Notes: a model not told the origin generated them from the sequence alone. A DNA stretch of 34,521 nt from an uncultured Patulibacter sp. (GCA_964519185.1 CAZFIQ010000003.1:1-34521), one strand, 5' to 3'; shown: positions 1 through 8,580, numbered from the stretch's first letter. Program-made: numbers and translations.

Positions 1-1
1 C

Positions 2-1210
2 CGGGCCACGACGGTGCCCGACGGCTTCGACCCGGGTCCGGCGGGCGGCTTCGTCGGCTACCTGGGCTACGAGCTCAAGGCCGACGCCGGATCGCCCAAC
101 GTCCACCGCTCGAGCCTGCCCGACGCCGACCTGCTGCGGGCCACCCGCACGGTGATCGTCGATCACGTCCGCGGGCAGACCCACCTGGCCGCGCTGGTCG
201 GCAGCGATCCGCTCGACGCCGAGCTGTGGCTCGACGGCGCCGAGCAGACCGTCCACGACCTGCTCGACCAGCCGCCGCCCGGGCCGCCGGAGGTCACCGG
301 AAGCGGGGAGGCCGTCCGCTTCCGCTGCGAGCGCGACCGCACCGCCTACCTGGCCGACGTCGAGCGCTGCCAGGCGGCCCTGATCGCCGGCGAGTCGTAC
401 GAGATCTGCCTGACCAACCGGCTGATCGCCGACGTCCGTCCCGACCCGTTCCTGCTCTACCGCGTGCTCCGCCACCGCAACCCCGCGCCGTTCGCCGCCT
501 ACCTGCGGCTCGGCGACCACGCGATCGCCGGCTCGTCCCCCGAGCGCTTCCTCTCGGTCAGCCGCGAGGGCGCGGTCGAGGCCCGGCCGATCAAGGGCAC
601 GATCCGCCGCTCGGCCGACCCCGCCGAGGACCAGGCCCTGTGCGCCGAGCTCCGCCACGACGAGAAGTCCCAGGCCGAGCACCTGATGATCGTCGACCTG
701 CTGCGCAACGACCTGGGCCGGGTCTGCCGGGTCGGCAGCGTCGCCGTGCCCGAGCTGATGGTGATCGAGCACTACGCGACGGTCCACCAGATGATCTCGA
801 CGATCGTCGGCCGGCTCGACGCCGGGCGCAGCGCGCTCGAGTGCGTCCGCGCCTGCTTCCCGGGCGGGTCGATGACCGGCGCTCCGAAGATCCGCTCGAT
901 GGAGCTGATCGACGACATCGAGCTGTCCGCCCGCGGCGTCTACTCCGGCGGACTGGGCTGGTTCGGCGTCGACGGCGCGGTCGACCTGAGCATCGTGATC
1001 CGCACGATCGTGGTCGAGCCCGACCGCGTCACGATCGGCGCCGGCGGGGCGATCGTCCTGCAGTCCGACCCCGCCGACGAGTTCGACGAGCTGATGCTCA
1101 AGGCCCGCGCACCGATGCGTGCCGTCGTGGAGGCCGTCAGCGGCCGCACCGACGCCGACGCGCTCGTCGTCCACACCGACCGCGCCCGCGCGACCAGCGG
1201 CCCGGCATGA
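2..1210 (+). CDS. pabB: Aminodeoxychorismate (ADC) synthase component I / chorismate-binding domain, 5'-partial (possibly the C-terminus of a fused PabAB/PapA-type enzyme)
   Basis: Motifs GGFVGYLGYELK, GESYEICLT, SSPERF, RPIKGT, MIVDLLRNDLG, FPGGSMTGAPK, RGVYSG and IGAGGAIV. The frame is open from the window edge. The stop overlaps the next ATG (ATGA). Confidence 0.9.
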   Translation, partial: RATTVPDGFDPGPAGGFVGYLGYELKADAGSPNVHRSSLPDADLLRATRTVIVDHVRGQTHLAALVGSDPLDAELWLDGAEQTVHDLLDQPPPGPPEVTGSGEAVRFRCERDRTAYLADVERCQAALIAGESYEICLTNRLIADVRPDPFLLYRVLRHRNPAPFAAYLRLGDHAIAGSSPERFLSVSREGAVEARPIKGTIRRSADPAEDQALCAELRHDEKSQAEHLMIVDLLRNDLGRVCRVGSVAVPELMVIEHYATVHQMISTIVGRLDAGRSALECVRACFPGGSMTGAPKIRSMELIDDIELSARGVYSGGLGWFGVDGAVDLSIVIRTIVVEPDRVTIGAGGAIVLQSDPADEFDELMLKARAPMRAVVEAVSGRTDADALVVHTDRARATSGPA

Positions 1211-1719
1211 GCCGCCCGGAACCCGAGACCGTCGGCGCGTCCGCCGCGCTCGACCGGCCGTGGACGGTCGCCGTCGCGACCCCGTCCGACGTCGCCGGCG
1301 CCGCCCGCGGCGTGGCGCAACTGCTCGCCGAGCTCGGCGCGACGCCGCCGGACCGGGCCGCGATGGAGGACGCCGCCCGCACCGTCGTCCACGATCCGTC
1401 GGTCGGCTGCCTGCTGGTGGCCGGCGACGGCGACGCGATCGTCGGCGTGCTCGGCGCCAGCTGGCGCACGGCGATCCACCGCAGCGGCCGCTACGCGGTG
1501 ATCGAGGAGCTGTGGGTCGACCCCGACTGGCGCAGCCGGCGGGTCGGGCACGCGCTGATGGCGGCGCTGGTCGACGACGTGCTGCCGCGGGAGCGGATCG
1601 ACTGCGTCGAGGTCGGCCTGCCCCGGCCGAGCTTCCCGGGGCTGCCGGCGACCGAGGCGTTCTATCGCCGCCAGGGCTTCGCGGCCGTCGGTCCGCGGAT
1701 GCGGCGGGTGATCGCGTGA
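1207..1719 (+). CDS. GNAT family N-acetyltransferase
   Basis: ATG overlaps the upstream stop. Has acetyl-CoA motif A (IEELWVDPDWRSRRVGHALM) and the C-terminal AFYRRQGF motif. Confidence 0.85.
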   Translation: MSRPEPETVGASAALDRPWTVAVATPSDVAGAARGVAQLLAELGATPPDRAAMEDAARTVVHDPSVGCLLVAGDGDAIVGVLGASWRTAIHRSGRYAVIEELWVDPDWRSRRVGHALMAALVDDVLPRERIDCVEVGLPRPSFPGLPATEAFYRRQGFAAVGPRMRRVIA

Positions 1720-2744
1720 CCGAGCGGGTGGCCCTGCGAGCGAGCGGTCTCGATCGCGATCGTCCCGGCGATCGCGGCGCCACGCTGGTGCTGGTCGACC
1801 AGCGGCCGACGCCCGCCGCGGCCGCGCCCTGGATCATCGAGGGCGGGCGCCCGGTGGTCGGCCGCGAGGGCGGAGGCCGGATCGACGCGGTCCGCGCCGG
1901 CCTGGCCCGCCACGCCGCGACCCGCCACGAGTCCGCCGGCGCCGACGACCGCACCGTCGACGACGTCCTCGGCCGACTCCACGACCGCGGCTACCTGGCC
2001 GCGCTCCACGGGATCGTCTCCGACGTCCCCGAGCTGCGCCCCGACCTGGCCGCCCCCGGGATGGAGGCCGACGTCCCGGTCTGCGCCGGGCTCGTCCACG
2101 CCGCCCGCGAGGGCGTCCGCACCGCGATCAGCGCCGCCGCGCGGGTGGCCGACGGGGCGCCGTTCGCCTACGCCGCCTGCCGCCCGCCCGGGCACCACGC
2201 CGGTCCGGCCTGGTTCGGCGGCTACTGCTACCTGAACACCGCGGCCGCGGCCGCGCTGACGCTGATCGACCGCGGGTTCGACCGCGTCGGGATCCTCGAC
2301 CTGGACCTGCACTACCCCAACGGCACCGCCGCGGTCGTCGCCGCCCACGACCGGATCCACCTCAGCTCGCTGCACGCGTCACCGGTCGCCAACGCGCCCG
2401 ACGGGCGGGCGGTGCCGCACAGCGTGCGGGAGCGGCTCGTCGCGTTCAACGGGCCCCCGTCGCCCGACGCCTACGTCGCCAAGGTCGGCCACGAGATCGA
2501 GCGTCTGGCCGCGCGCGTCGACGTCGTGGTGGTCTCGCTCGGCTACGACACGGTGGTCGGCGACCCCCACGGCGACTGGGACCTGCCGCCGGCCGTCTTC
2601 CGCCGGGTCGGCGGCGCGCTCGCCGCCGCCGGCCGCCCGCTCTGCGTCGTCCAGGAAGGCGGCTACGCCGTTCCCCGCCTGGCCGACTGCAGCCACGCCT
2701 TCGTCACGGGCCTGATCGACGGGCCCGAAGGAGCCGCCCCATGA
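1716..2744 (+). CDS. Histone deacetylase family (acetylpolyamine amidohydrolase-like) Zn-dependent deacylase
   Basis: GTGA overlap start. Motifs RPPGHHA, GGYCYLN, DLDLHYPNGT, SLH, SLGYDT..GDP and QEGGY, so the catalytic His pair, Zn ligands and Tyr are present. Confidence 0.85.
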   Translation: MTERVALRASGLDRDRPGDRGATLVLVDQRPTPAAAAPWIIEGGRPVVGREGGGRIDAVRAGLARHAATRHESAGADDRTVDDVLGRLHDRGYLAALHGIVSDVPELRPDLAAPGMEADVPVCAGLVHAAREGVRTAISAAARVADGAPFAYAACRPPGHHAGPAWFGGYCYLNTAAAAALTLIDRGFDRVGILDLDLHYPNGTAAVVAAHDRIHLSSLHASPVANAPDGRAVPHSVRERLVAFNGPPSPDAYVAKVGHEIERLAARVDVVVVSLGYDTVVGDPHGDWDLPPAVFRRVGGALAAAGRPLCVVQEGGYAVPRLADCSHAFVTGLIDGPEGAAP

Positions 2745-3061
2745 GTCATCCCGCCCCCGATGCGACCTCCGGACTCGACCCCTTCCGCCGCCGGCTCGAC
2801 GTGCTCGACGACGACATCGCCCGTCTGCTCGGCGAGCGCTTCGACATCTGTCGCGACGTCGCCGCCTACAAGAGCGAGCACGAGATCCCGATGATGCAGC
2901 CCGACCGGGTCGAGATCGTCCGCAACCGCTACCTCCAGCGCGGAGCGGCGGCCAACCTGCCGGAGCCGTTCGTCCGCGCGCTGTTCGACCTGCTGATCGC
3001 GTCGACCTGCCGGCTGGAGGACGAGCTGATGGGCAACGAGGTCGCCGAGGCGGACCGATGA
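2741..3061 (+). CDS. papB: AroQ-type chorismate mutase, 4-amino-4-deoxychorismate mutase (PapB/CmlD-like)
   Basis: R..LD.LD..I..LL..R AroQ pattern plus YK..H.IPMMQPDRV and TCRLED, which match my recollection of PapB/CmlD. Lies in the same operon as an ADC synthase. Confidence 0.75.
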   Translation: MSHPAPDATSGLDPFRRRLDVLDDDIARLLGERFDICRDVAAYKSEHEIPMMQPDRVEIVRNRYLQRGAAANLPEPFVRALFDLLIASTCRLEDELMGNEVAEADR

Positions 3062-4098
3062 CCGCCCCGACGTTCGTCACGCTCGGCCCGTCCGGGACCT
3101 GCCACGAGAACGCGGTCCGCCACTTCCTGGCCTTCCAGGGACTCGAGGACGCCGCGATCGCCTTCGTCGACGACTTCCTGGACGGCGCCGCGCTCGTCCG
3201 CGACACCCCCGGCGCGTTCCTGGTCCAGAGCAGCGCGCACCCCGCCGTCCACCAGGTCACCGAGCAGTTCCGGCACCAGCTCCACGTGGTCGACAGCTTC
3301 CTCTTCCCCGCGCGGGAGATGGCGCTGATCGCGCGCCGCGACGCCACCGGTCCGCGCACCCTGGCGGTCGTCCCGGCGGCCGAGGGCTACGTCGAGGACC
3401 GCAAGGGCGACTACGACGAGGTGGTCTCCGTGACCGCCAACCCGCGGGTCTGGGAGGGGCTGCGCGACGGCCGCTACGCCGCGGGCGTGACGATCCACGA
3501 CTTCGTCGCCGGCCACGAGGACGAGTTCGAGGTCGTCGAGCGGTTCGGGATCGTCGACACCAGCTGGGTCGTCTACGGCCGCGAGCGGCGCGGCGACGGC
3601 ACGGTGATCGCCGAGCACGCTCCCTGGCGGTTCCGCGGCGAGCCGGCGCCGCAGCAGCCGCTCGACGGCGACTACCCGGGCGTCACCGTCGGCGACGGCT
3701 ACGCCGTCGGCCACCTCGACGACCTGGGCTGCGGCGTCGGGTTCCGCAAGGTCCGGCGCGCGCTCGGCGTCACCGCCTTCGGCGTCAACGCGCTGGTCCG
3801 CGGCCCCGGCCACACCGGCAGCCGCCACCGCCACGCCCGGCAGCAGGAGCTGTACTTCGTGCACCGCGGCGCGCTCGAGATGCGGTTCGCCGACGGCACC
3901 GCGCACCGGATCGACGCGGGCGGCTTCGCGCGGGTCGACGCCGACGCCGTCCGCCAGCTGACGACGCTCGGCGAGCCCGGCGACGAGATCGTCTACCTCT
4001 GCGCCGGCGGCGCGGGCGGCTATGTCGGCCGCGACGGGATCCCGTCCGAGTGGCCGGACTCCGCGCACGCCGACCCGGCCCGCGAGGTCGGGTCGTGA
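3058..4098 (+). CDS. BacA/AerD-like prephenate decarboxylase domain fused to a C-terminal cupin domain
   Basis: The N-terminal ~180 aa start with TLGPSGTCHENAVRHF and end with FGIVDTSWVVYGR, resembling the two ends of BacA. No ACT domain and no TRF motif of PheA. The C-terminal cupin has HRH...QQELYFVHRG. No internal stop between the domains. Confidence 0.6.
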   Translation: MTAPTFVTLGPSGTCHENAVRHFLAFQGLEDAAIAFVDDFLDGAALVRDTPGAFLVQSSAHPAVHQVTEQFRHQLHVVDSFLFPAREMALIARRDATGPRTLAVVPAAEGYVEDRKGDYDEVVSVTANPRVWEGLRDGRYAAGVTIHDFVAGHEDEFEVVERFGIVDTSWVVYGRERRGDGTVIAEHAPWRFRGEPAPQQPLDGDYPGVTVGDGYAVGHLDDLGCGVGFRKVRRALGVTAFGVNALVRGPGHTGSRHRHARQQELYFVHRGALEMRFADGTAHRIDAGGFARVDADAVRQLTTLGEPGDEIVYLCAGGAGGYVGRDGIPSEWPDSAHADPAREVGS

Positions 4099-5492
4099 GC
4101 GGGTTCAATGCCGAGAGCACGATCCTCGGTCGCTCGGCGCGCGACCGGCCGCGGCGCGACGCGCTGCCGCCCGGCCCGGCGATGCCCGCCGCGCTGCAGG
4201 CGATCGGCTGGGTCAACCGGCCGATGCCGTTCATGGAGCGCTGCCGCGCCCGCTACGGCGACACCTTCACGCTCGACATCCGGCACTTCGGCCGCTGGGT
4301 CTTCCTCTGCGACCCGGCGGACGTCAAGCGGGTCTTCACCGCCGACAGCGCCTCGGTCGGCGTCGACATCGCCAACCCGCTGCTCGGTCCGATCCTCGGG
4401 TCGCGCTCGGTGATGCTGCTCGACGAGCCCGAGCACCTGCGGAGGCGCAAGCTGCTGCTGCCGTACTTCCGCGGACGCCACCTGCAGGACGGCGGCCGCG
4501 CCAGCGTCGAGGCCGCGGCCCGGGCCGTCGCGCTCTGGCCGCAGGGCGAGCCGTTCGCGCTCTGGCCGCGGATGCAGGCGATCACCCAGGACGTGATCCT
4601 GCGGTCGGTCTTCGGTGACCGCGACCCGCAGCTGCTGCACCGGCTCGACGGCCTGCTGAACGCGCTGACCGCCTGGGCCGGCCAGCCGCAGCGCTCGACG
4701 GTGCTGGCCGCGCTCGGTGCGCGCTGGACGGTGCGCAGCCCCGGCTTCCGCGGTGCGATGGCGCCGATCGAGGCGGCGGTGCTCGACGAGGTCCGCCGCC
4801 GTCGGCGGGCGGACGATCCGGGCGACGGGATCGTGGCGATGCTGGCGACCGTCCGCGACGACGACGGGTCGCTGCTCGACGACCGCACCCTCCGCGACGA
4901 GCTGGTCACGCTGCTCACCGACGGGCCGACGTCGGCGTCGCTGGCCTGGATGTTCGAGCGCGTGCTGCGGCATCCTGACGCGCTCGAGCGGCTGACCGAC
5001 GAGGTCGCCTCCGGCGGCGAGGGCCGCTACGCCCGCGCGGTCGTCCAGGAGACGCTACGGCTCTGCGCCCCGGTCCCGGTCGTCGTCCGCCGGCTGCTCG
5101 AGCCGATGCGGCTCGGCGGCCACGACCTGCCCGCCGGCACCACCGTCGCGCCGTGCATCTACCTGATCCACCGCGACCGGGACGTCTATCCGCAGCCGCA
5201 GCGCTTCCTCCCAGAGCGGTTCCTCGACGAGCAGCCGGGGACCTACACCTGGATCCCGTTCGGCGGCGGCGTCCGCCGCTGCCTGGCGGCCGACTTCGCC
5301 ACGCGCGAGATGCGCGAGGTGATGCGGACGATCATCTCCGCCGTCGAGCTGCGCCCCGCCGACCCCCGCTCCGAGGGCGCGACCCGCAGCGCGATCAGCT
5401 TCGGTCCGGCCGGGCAGAGCCTGGTGATCAGTCGACCGCGCCGCACGCCGCTGGCCGCCGACGTCGTCCCCGACCCGGTGCCCGTCCCGTGA
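4095..5492 (+). CDS. Cytochrome P450 with a non-canonical I-helix
   Basis: GTGA overlap start. ExxR (ETLR), PERF and the heme motif PFGGGVRRCLA are present. The I-helix reads LLTDGPTSASLAW. Confidence 0.9.
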   Translation: MSGFNAESTILGRSARDRPRRDALPPGPAMPAALQAIGWVNRPMPFMERCRARYGDTFTLDIRHFGRWVFLCDPADVKRVFTADSASVGVDIANPLLGPILGSRSVMLLDEPEHLRRRKLLLPYFRGRHLQDGGRASVEAAARAVALWPQGEPFALWPRMQAITQDVILRSVFGDRDPQLLHRLDGLLNALTAWAGQPQRSTVLAALGARWTVRSPGFRGAMAPIEAAVLDEVRRRRRADDPGDGIVAMLATVRDDDGSLLDDRTLRDELVTLLTDGPTSASLAWMFERVLRHPDALERLTDEVASGGEGRYARAVVQETLRLCAPVPVVVRRLLEPMRLGGHDLPAGTTVAPCIYLIHRDRDVYPQPQRFLPERFLDEQPGTYTWIPFGGGVRRCLAADFATREMREVMRTIISAVELRPADPRSEGATRSAISFGPAGQSLVISRPRRTPLAADVVPDPVPVP

Positions 5493-6826
5493 CCCGCGAC
5501 TGGGACCTGCTGGTGGTCGGTGCCGGGGCCAAGGCGACGGCGGTCGCGGCCAAGGTCCACGCGCTCAACCGGCTCGGGCTGGGGACCGGCCGGGCCCCGA
5601 TCTCGATGCTGATCGTCGAGGCGCTGCGCCCGGCGTCGTCCTGGTCGGGGCTGGCCGGCATGACCTCGGGCGACGAGCAGCTGGCGATCACGCCCCACAA
5701 GGACATCGGCTTCCCCTACGAGAGCCACCGCGCGTTCGGCGACCACGGCGCTGCGATCGACGGGGTGCTGACCGACTTCTCGTGGCAGCGGCACCTGATC
5801 GACATCGGCGGCTACGCCCGCTGGCTGAATGCCGACTCGCCCCCGATCAGCCACCGCGACTACGGTCGCTACCTGGAGTGGTCGCTGGCCCGCGCCACCG
5901 ACGGGGTCGAGCTGCGCCGGGGGACGGTCGACGCGGTCCGGATCGCGCCCAGCTCCGACGGCGAGCGCTGGTGGCTCGACGTCACCACCGCCGACGGCGA
6001 GCGCGAGCGGCACCGCGGCCGGGCGCTGATGCTGACCGGTCCCGGTCCCGCGCGCGTGCTTCCGCACGATCCCGCGGCCGCCGACCGGATCGTCGGCTGC
6101 GACGCGCCCCGCGGCAACTTCGACCGGCTGCCGATCGACGTGCCGTCCGAGGTCGCGATCGTCGGCGGCGGCGAGTCGGCGATCGCCACGATGGTCCATC
6201 TGCGGCAGGTCCGGCCCGCCGCGCGGATCACGATCCACACGCCCGAGCCGCCGCTCAGCCGCGGCGAGAGCTTCCTGGAGAACCGCGTCTACTCCGACCC
6301 CGACTCGATCGGCTGGGACCGACTCGACGAGGACTACCGGCGCCGCTTCATCCACCACACCGACCGCGGGGTGTTCGGCCCGACCGCCCTGAGCAAGGTC
6401 GCCCACGACCCGCTGTGCGCGTTCGTCGCCGGCCGGGTGGCCGCCGTCCGGGCGGTCGGCGAGCGGCTCGCGATCGAGCACGACGCTCCGGTGGTCGGGC
6501 CCGATCGCGAGTACGACCTGGTCGCCAACTGCACCGGATTCGACCTGTGGGCCGCGATCCGCCGGCTGCTGACCCCGGAGACCCACCGGCTGATCGCGTC
6601 GCGCGTCGGACCCGCCTGGGACACGCCCGACGGCGCCGGGGTCGGCTTCGGACGGGCACTCGAGGTCGCGGGCCTGGAACCGCCGCTCCACGTTCCCGGT
6701 TTCTCGGCGCTCGCGCAGGGTCCCGGGTTCGCCAACCTCGGCTGCCTCGGGTTGCTCGCCAACCGCGTGGTGCAGCGCTTCGTCCCGCAACCGGCGGCCC
6801 ACGGCCGCGAAAGGACGGTCGCATGA
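5489..6826 (+). CDS. mbtG: SidA/IucD/PvdA family flavin N-hydroxylase, MbtG-like (lysine N6-monooxygenase type)
   Basis: Motifs VVGAGAKATAVAAK, P.KDIGFPY, SWQ, LMLTGPG, VGGGES, SRGESFLEN, TDRGVF and QGPGFANLGCLGLL are collinear with MbtG as I recall it. Confidence 0.85.
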   Translation: MTRDWDLLVVGAGAKATAVAAKVHALNRLGLGTGRAPISMLIVEALRPASSWSGLAGMTSGDEQLAITPHKDIGFPYESHRAFGDHGAAIDGVLTDFSWQRHLIDIGGYARWLNADSPPISHRDYGRYLEWSLARATDGVELRRGTVDAVRIAPSSDGERWWLDVTTADGERERHRGRALMLTGPGPARVLPHDPAAADRIVGCDAPRGNFDRLPIDVPSEVAIVGGGESAIATMVHLRQVRPAARITIHTPEPPLSRGESFLENRVYSDPDSIGWDRLDEDYRRRFIHHTDRGVFGPTALSKVAHDPLCAFVAGRVAAVRAVGERLAIEHDAPVVGPDREYDLVANCTGFDLWAAIRRLLTPETHRLIASRVGPAWDTPDGAGVGFGRALEVAGLEPPLHVPGFSALAQGPGFANLGCLGLLANRVVQRFVPQPAAHGRERTVA

Positions 6827-8547
6827 CCAGTTCCTCCCCGTCTCCGGAACCATCCGCGTCCGAGCAACCACCGGCGGACCCGCCGCGTCGCCGCTCCGCG
6901 CTCCGCTGGGCCGCCCCGCTGGCGGCGGCGGCACTGGTGGCGGTCGTGACCGTCGTCGTGGCGACCCGCTCGTCGTCCCCCGACGGGGAGACCACCGCCG
7001 GAGCCCCGTCGGCGGCCACCACCGACGCGACCGTCACCGACGCGACCACGACCGACGGGGCCGCGGACGAGCCGAGCGAAGCGGTGCGGAACGCCGACTT
7101 CACCGGTACCGGCTACCCCAACGGCGATCTGCGCAACATGCGCCTCACCCGGGGGCCGATCAACGCCTCGACGGCCAACGACCTGGAGCAGGCGTGGACC
7201 CACCCGATCGACGGCTCGGGCAACTACGGCAGCTACGCCGCGACCCCGGTGATCGACAAGGGGGTGATCTACTCGCAGGATCTGGCGTCGAACGTCGAGG
7301 CGATCGACCTGAAGACCGGCGAGACGCTCTGGCGGACCGCCTACGACCTGCCGTCCGCCGGCCCGAACGGCCTGGCGGTCGCCGACGGTCGCGTCTACGC
7401 CGCGACGCCCGATGCCGCCTTCGCCCTCGACGAGGCGACCGGCGAGGAGCTGTGGTCGGTAACGCTCGCCAAGGGTGATTCCAACGGGATCGACATGGCC
7501 CCGGGGTACCACGACGGCCTGGTCTACGTGTCGACCGTGCCGGTCACGCCGGAGACCAGCGCCTACAGCTCGACCGACCCGGGCATCCTCTACGCGCTCG
7601 ACGCCCGGACCGGCAAGCAGCGCTGGAGGTTCAACACGATCAAGGCCGGTGGGAAGGGCAAGAAGTCGCAGCGGTCCGCGGGCGGGGGGCTCTGGTATAC
7701 GCCCGCCTTCGACGACGAGGGCGGGATGTACTTCGGCGTCGGCAACCCGAGTCCGTGGCCGGGGACGCCGGACGCCCCGCTCGGCGAGGGCCGGCCCGGC
7801 CCCAACCTCTACACCAACTCGCTGGTCAAGCTTGACGCCAAGACCGGGAAGCTCCGCTGGTACTACCAGGAGACGCCGCACGACATCTACGACTGGGACC
7901 TCCAGGGTCCGCCGATCGTGGTCGACCGCGGAGGCCGCGAGCTGGTGGTGATCGGCGGCAAGTCGGGCTTCGTGATCGCCGCCGACCGCACCACCGGCGA
8001 CGTCGTCTGGCGCCGCTCGGTCGGCAAGCACAACGGCCACGACAAGGACGGCCTGAAGGCGATGCGCGGCCAGGAGATCGAGACCGGCGTCGAGATCCTG
8101 CCGGGCATCCTCGGCGGCGTGATCTCGCCGATGGCCAGCGACGGCAAGCGGGTCTACGCCGCCGTGATCAACAACCCGGCGACGCTGGTCGACGGGTCCA
8201 CGTTGCGGGGCACCCGGGAGATGGACGGCGAGCTGATCGCGCTCGACGTCGGCACCGGCAAGCGGGCCTGGCGCAAGAAGCTGCCGGCCGTCTCGTTCGG
8301 CGCCACCAGCGTCACCAACGACATGGTCCTGGTGACGACGATCGACGGGCGGCTGCTGGGGTACGAGGCCCGGACCGGTCGCCAGGTGCTGGAGCGGATG
8401 CTCGGGGCCGGCACCAACAGCGGCGTGGTGGTCGAGGGCCGGACGCTGGTCGCGCCCGCCGGGATGGCGATGCAGCAGGGACAGTCACCGCAGATCGTGG
8501 CGTTCCGCCTGCCGTCGCGGGACGCGGCGACGAGCGACGCGGACTGA
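6823..8547 (+). CDS. Membrane-anchored PQQ-binding-like beta-propeller protein / putative quinoprotein dehydrogenase
   Basis: N-terminal hydrophobic helix, Thr/Asp-rich linker and repeated AxDxxTGxxxW motifs. Also GLWYTPAFD, NLYTNSLVKLD and YQETPHDIYDWD. Confidence 0.8.
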   Translation: MTSSSPSPEPSASEQPPADPPRRRSALRWAAPLAAAALVAVVTVVVATRSSSPDGETTAGAPSAATTDATVTDATTTDGAADEPSEAVRNADFTGTGYPNGDLRNMRLTRGPINASTANDLEQAWTHPIDGSGNYGSYAATPVIDKGVIYSQDLASNVEAIDLKTGETLWRTAYDLPSAGPNGLAVADGRVYAATPDAAFALDEATGEELWSVTLAKGDSNGIDMAPGYHDGLVYVSTVPVTPETSAYSSTDPGILYALDARTGKQRWRFNTIKAGGKGKKSQRSAGGGLWYTPAFDDEGGMYFGVGNPSPWPGTPDAPLGEGRPGPNLYTNSLVKLDAKTGKLRWYYQETPHDIYDWDLQGPPIVVDRGGRELVVIGGKSGFVIAADRTTGDVVWRRSVGKHNGHDKDGLKAMRGQEIETGVEILPGILGGVISPMASDGKRVYAAVINNPATLVDGSTLRGTREMDGELIALDVGTGKRAWRKKLPAVSFGATSVTNDMVLVTTIDGRLLGYEARTGRQVLERMLGAGTNSGVVVEGRTLVAPAGMAMQQGQSPQIVAFRLPSRDAATSDAD

Positions 8548-8550
8548 CGA

Positions 8551-8580
8551 GCGGTCCCGGGGCCCCGGCCTCGGGACCGC
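8551..8580 (+). terminator. Hairpin, probable terminator of the biosynthetic operon
   Basis: Inverted repeat GCGGTCCCGGGGCC / GGCCTCGGGACCGC begins 4 nt after the stop. No U-tract. Confidence 0.55.

Noticed and set aside
2..4098. Chloramphenicol/pristinamycin-type p-aminophenylalanine cassette, or a simple folate pabB locus
   Set aside because: No PapC/CmlC dehydrogenase, ADC lyase, NRPS or halogenase is visible. The mutase is followed by a BacA-like gene. This cannot be fully excluded because upstream genes are outside the window.
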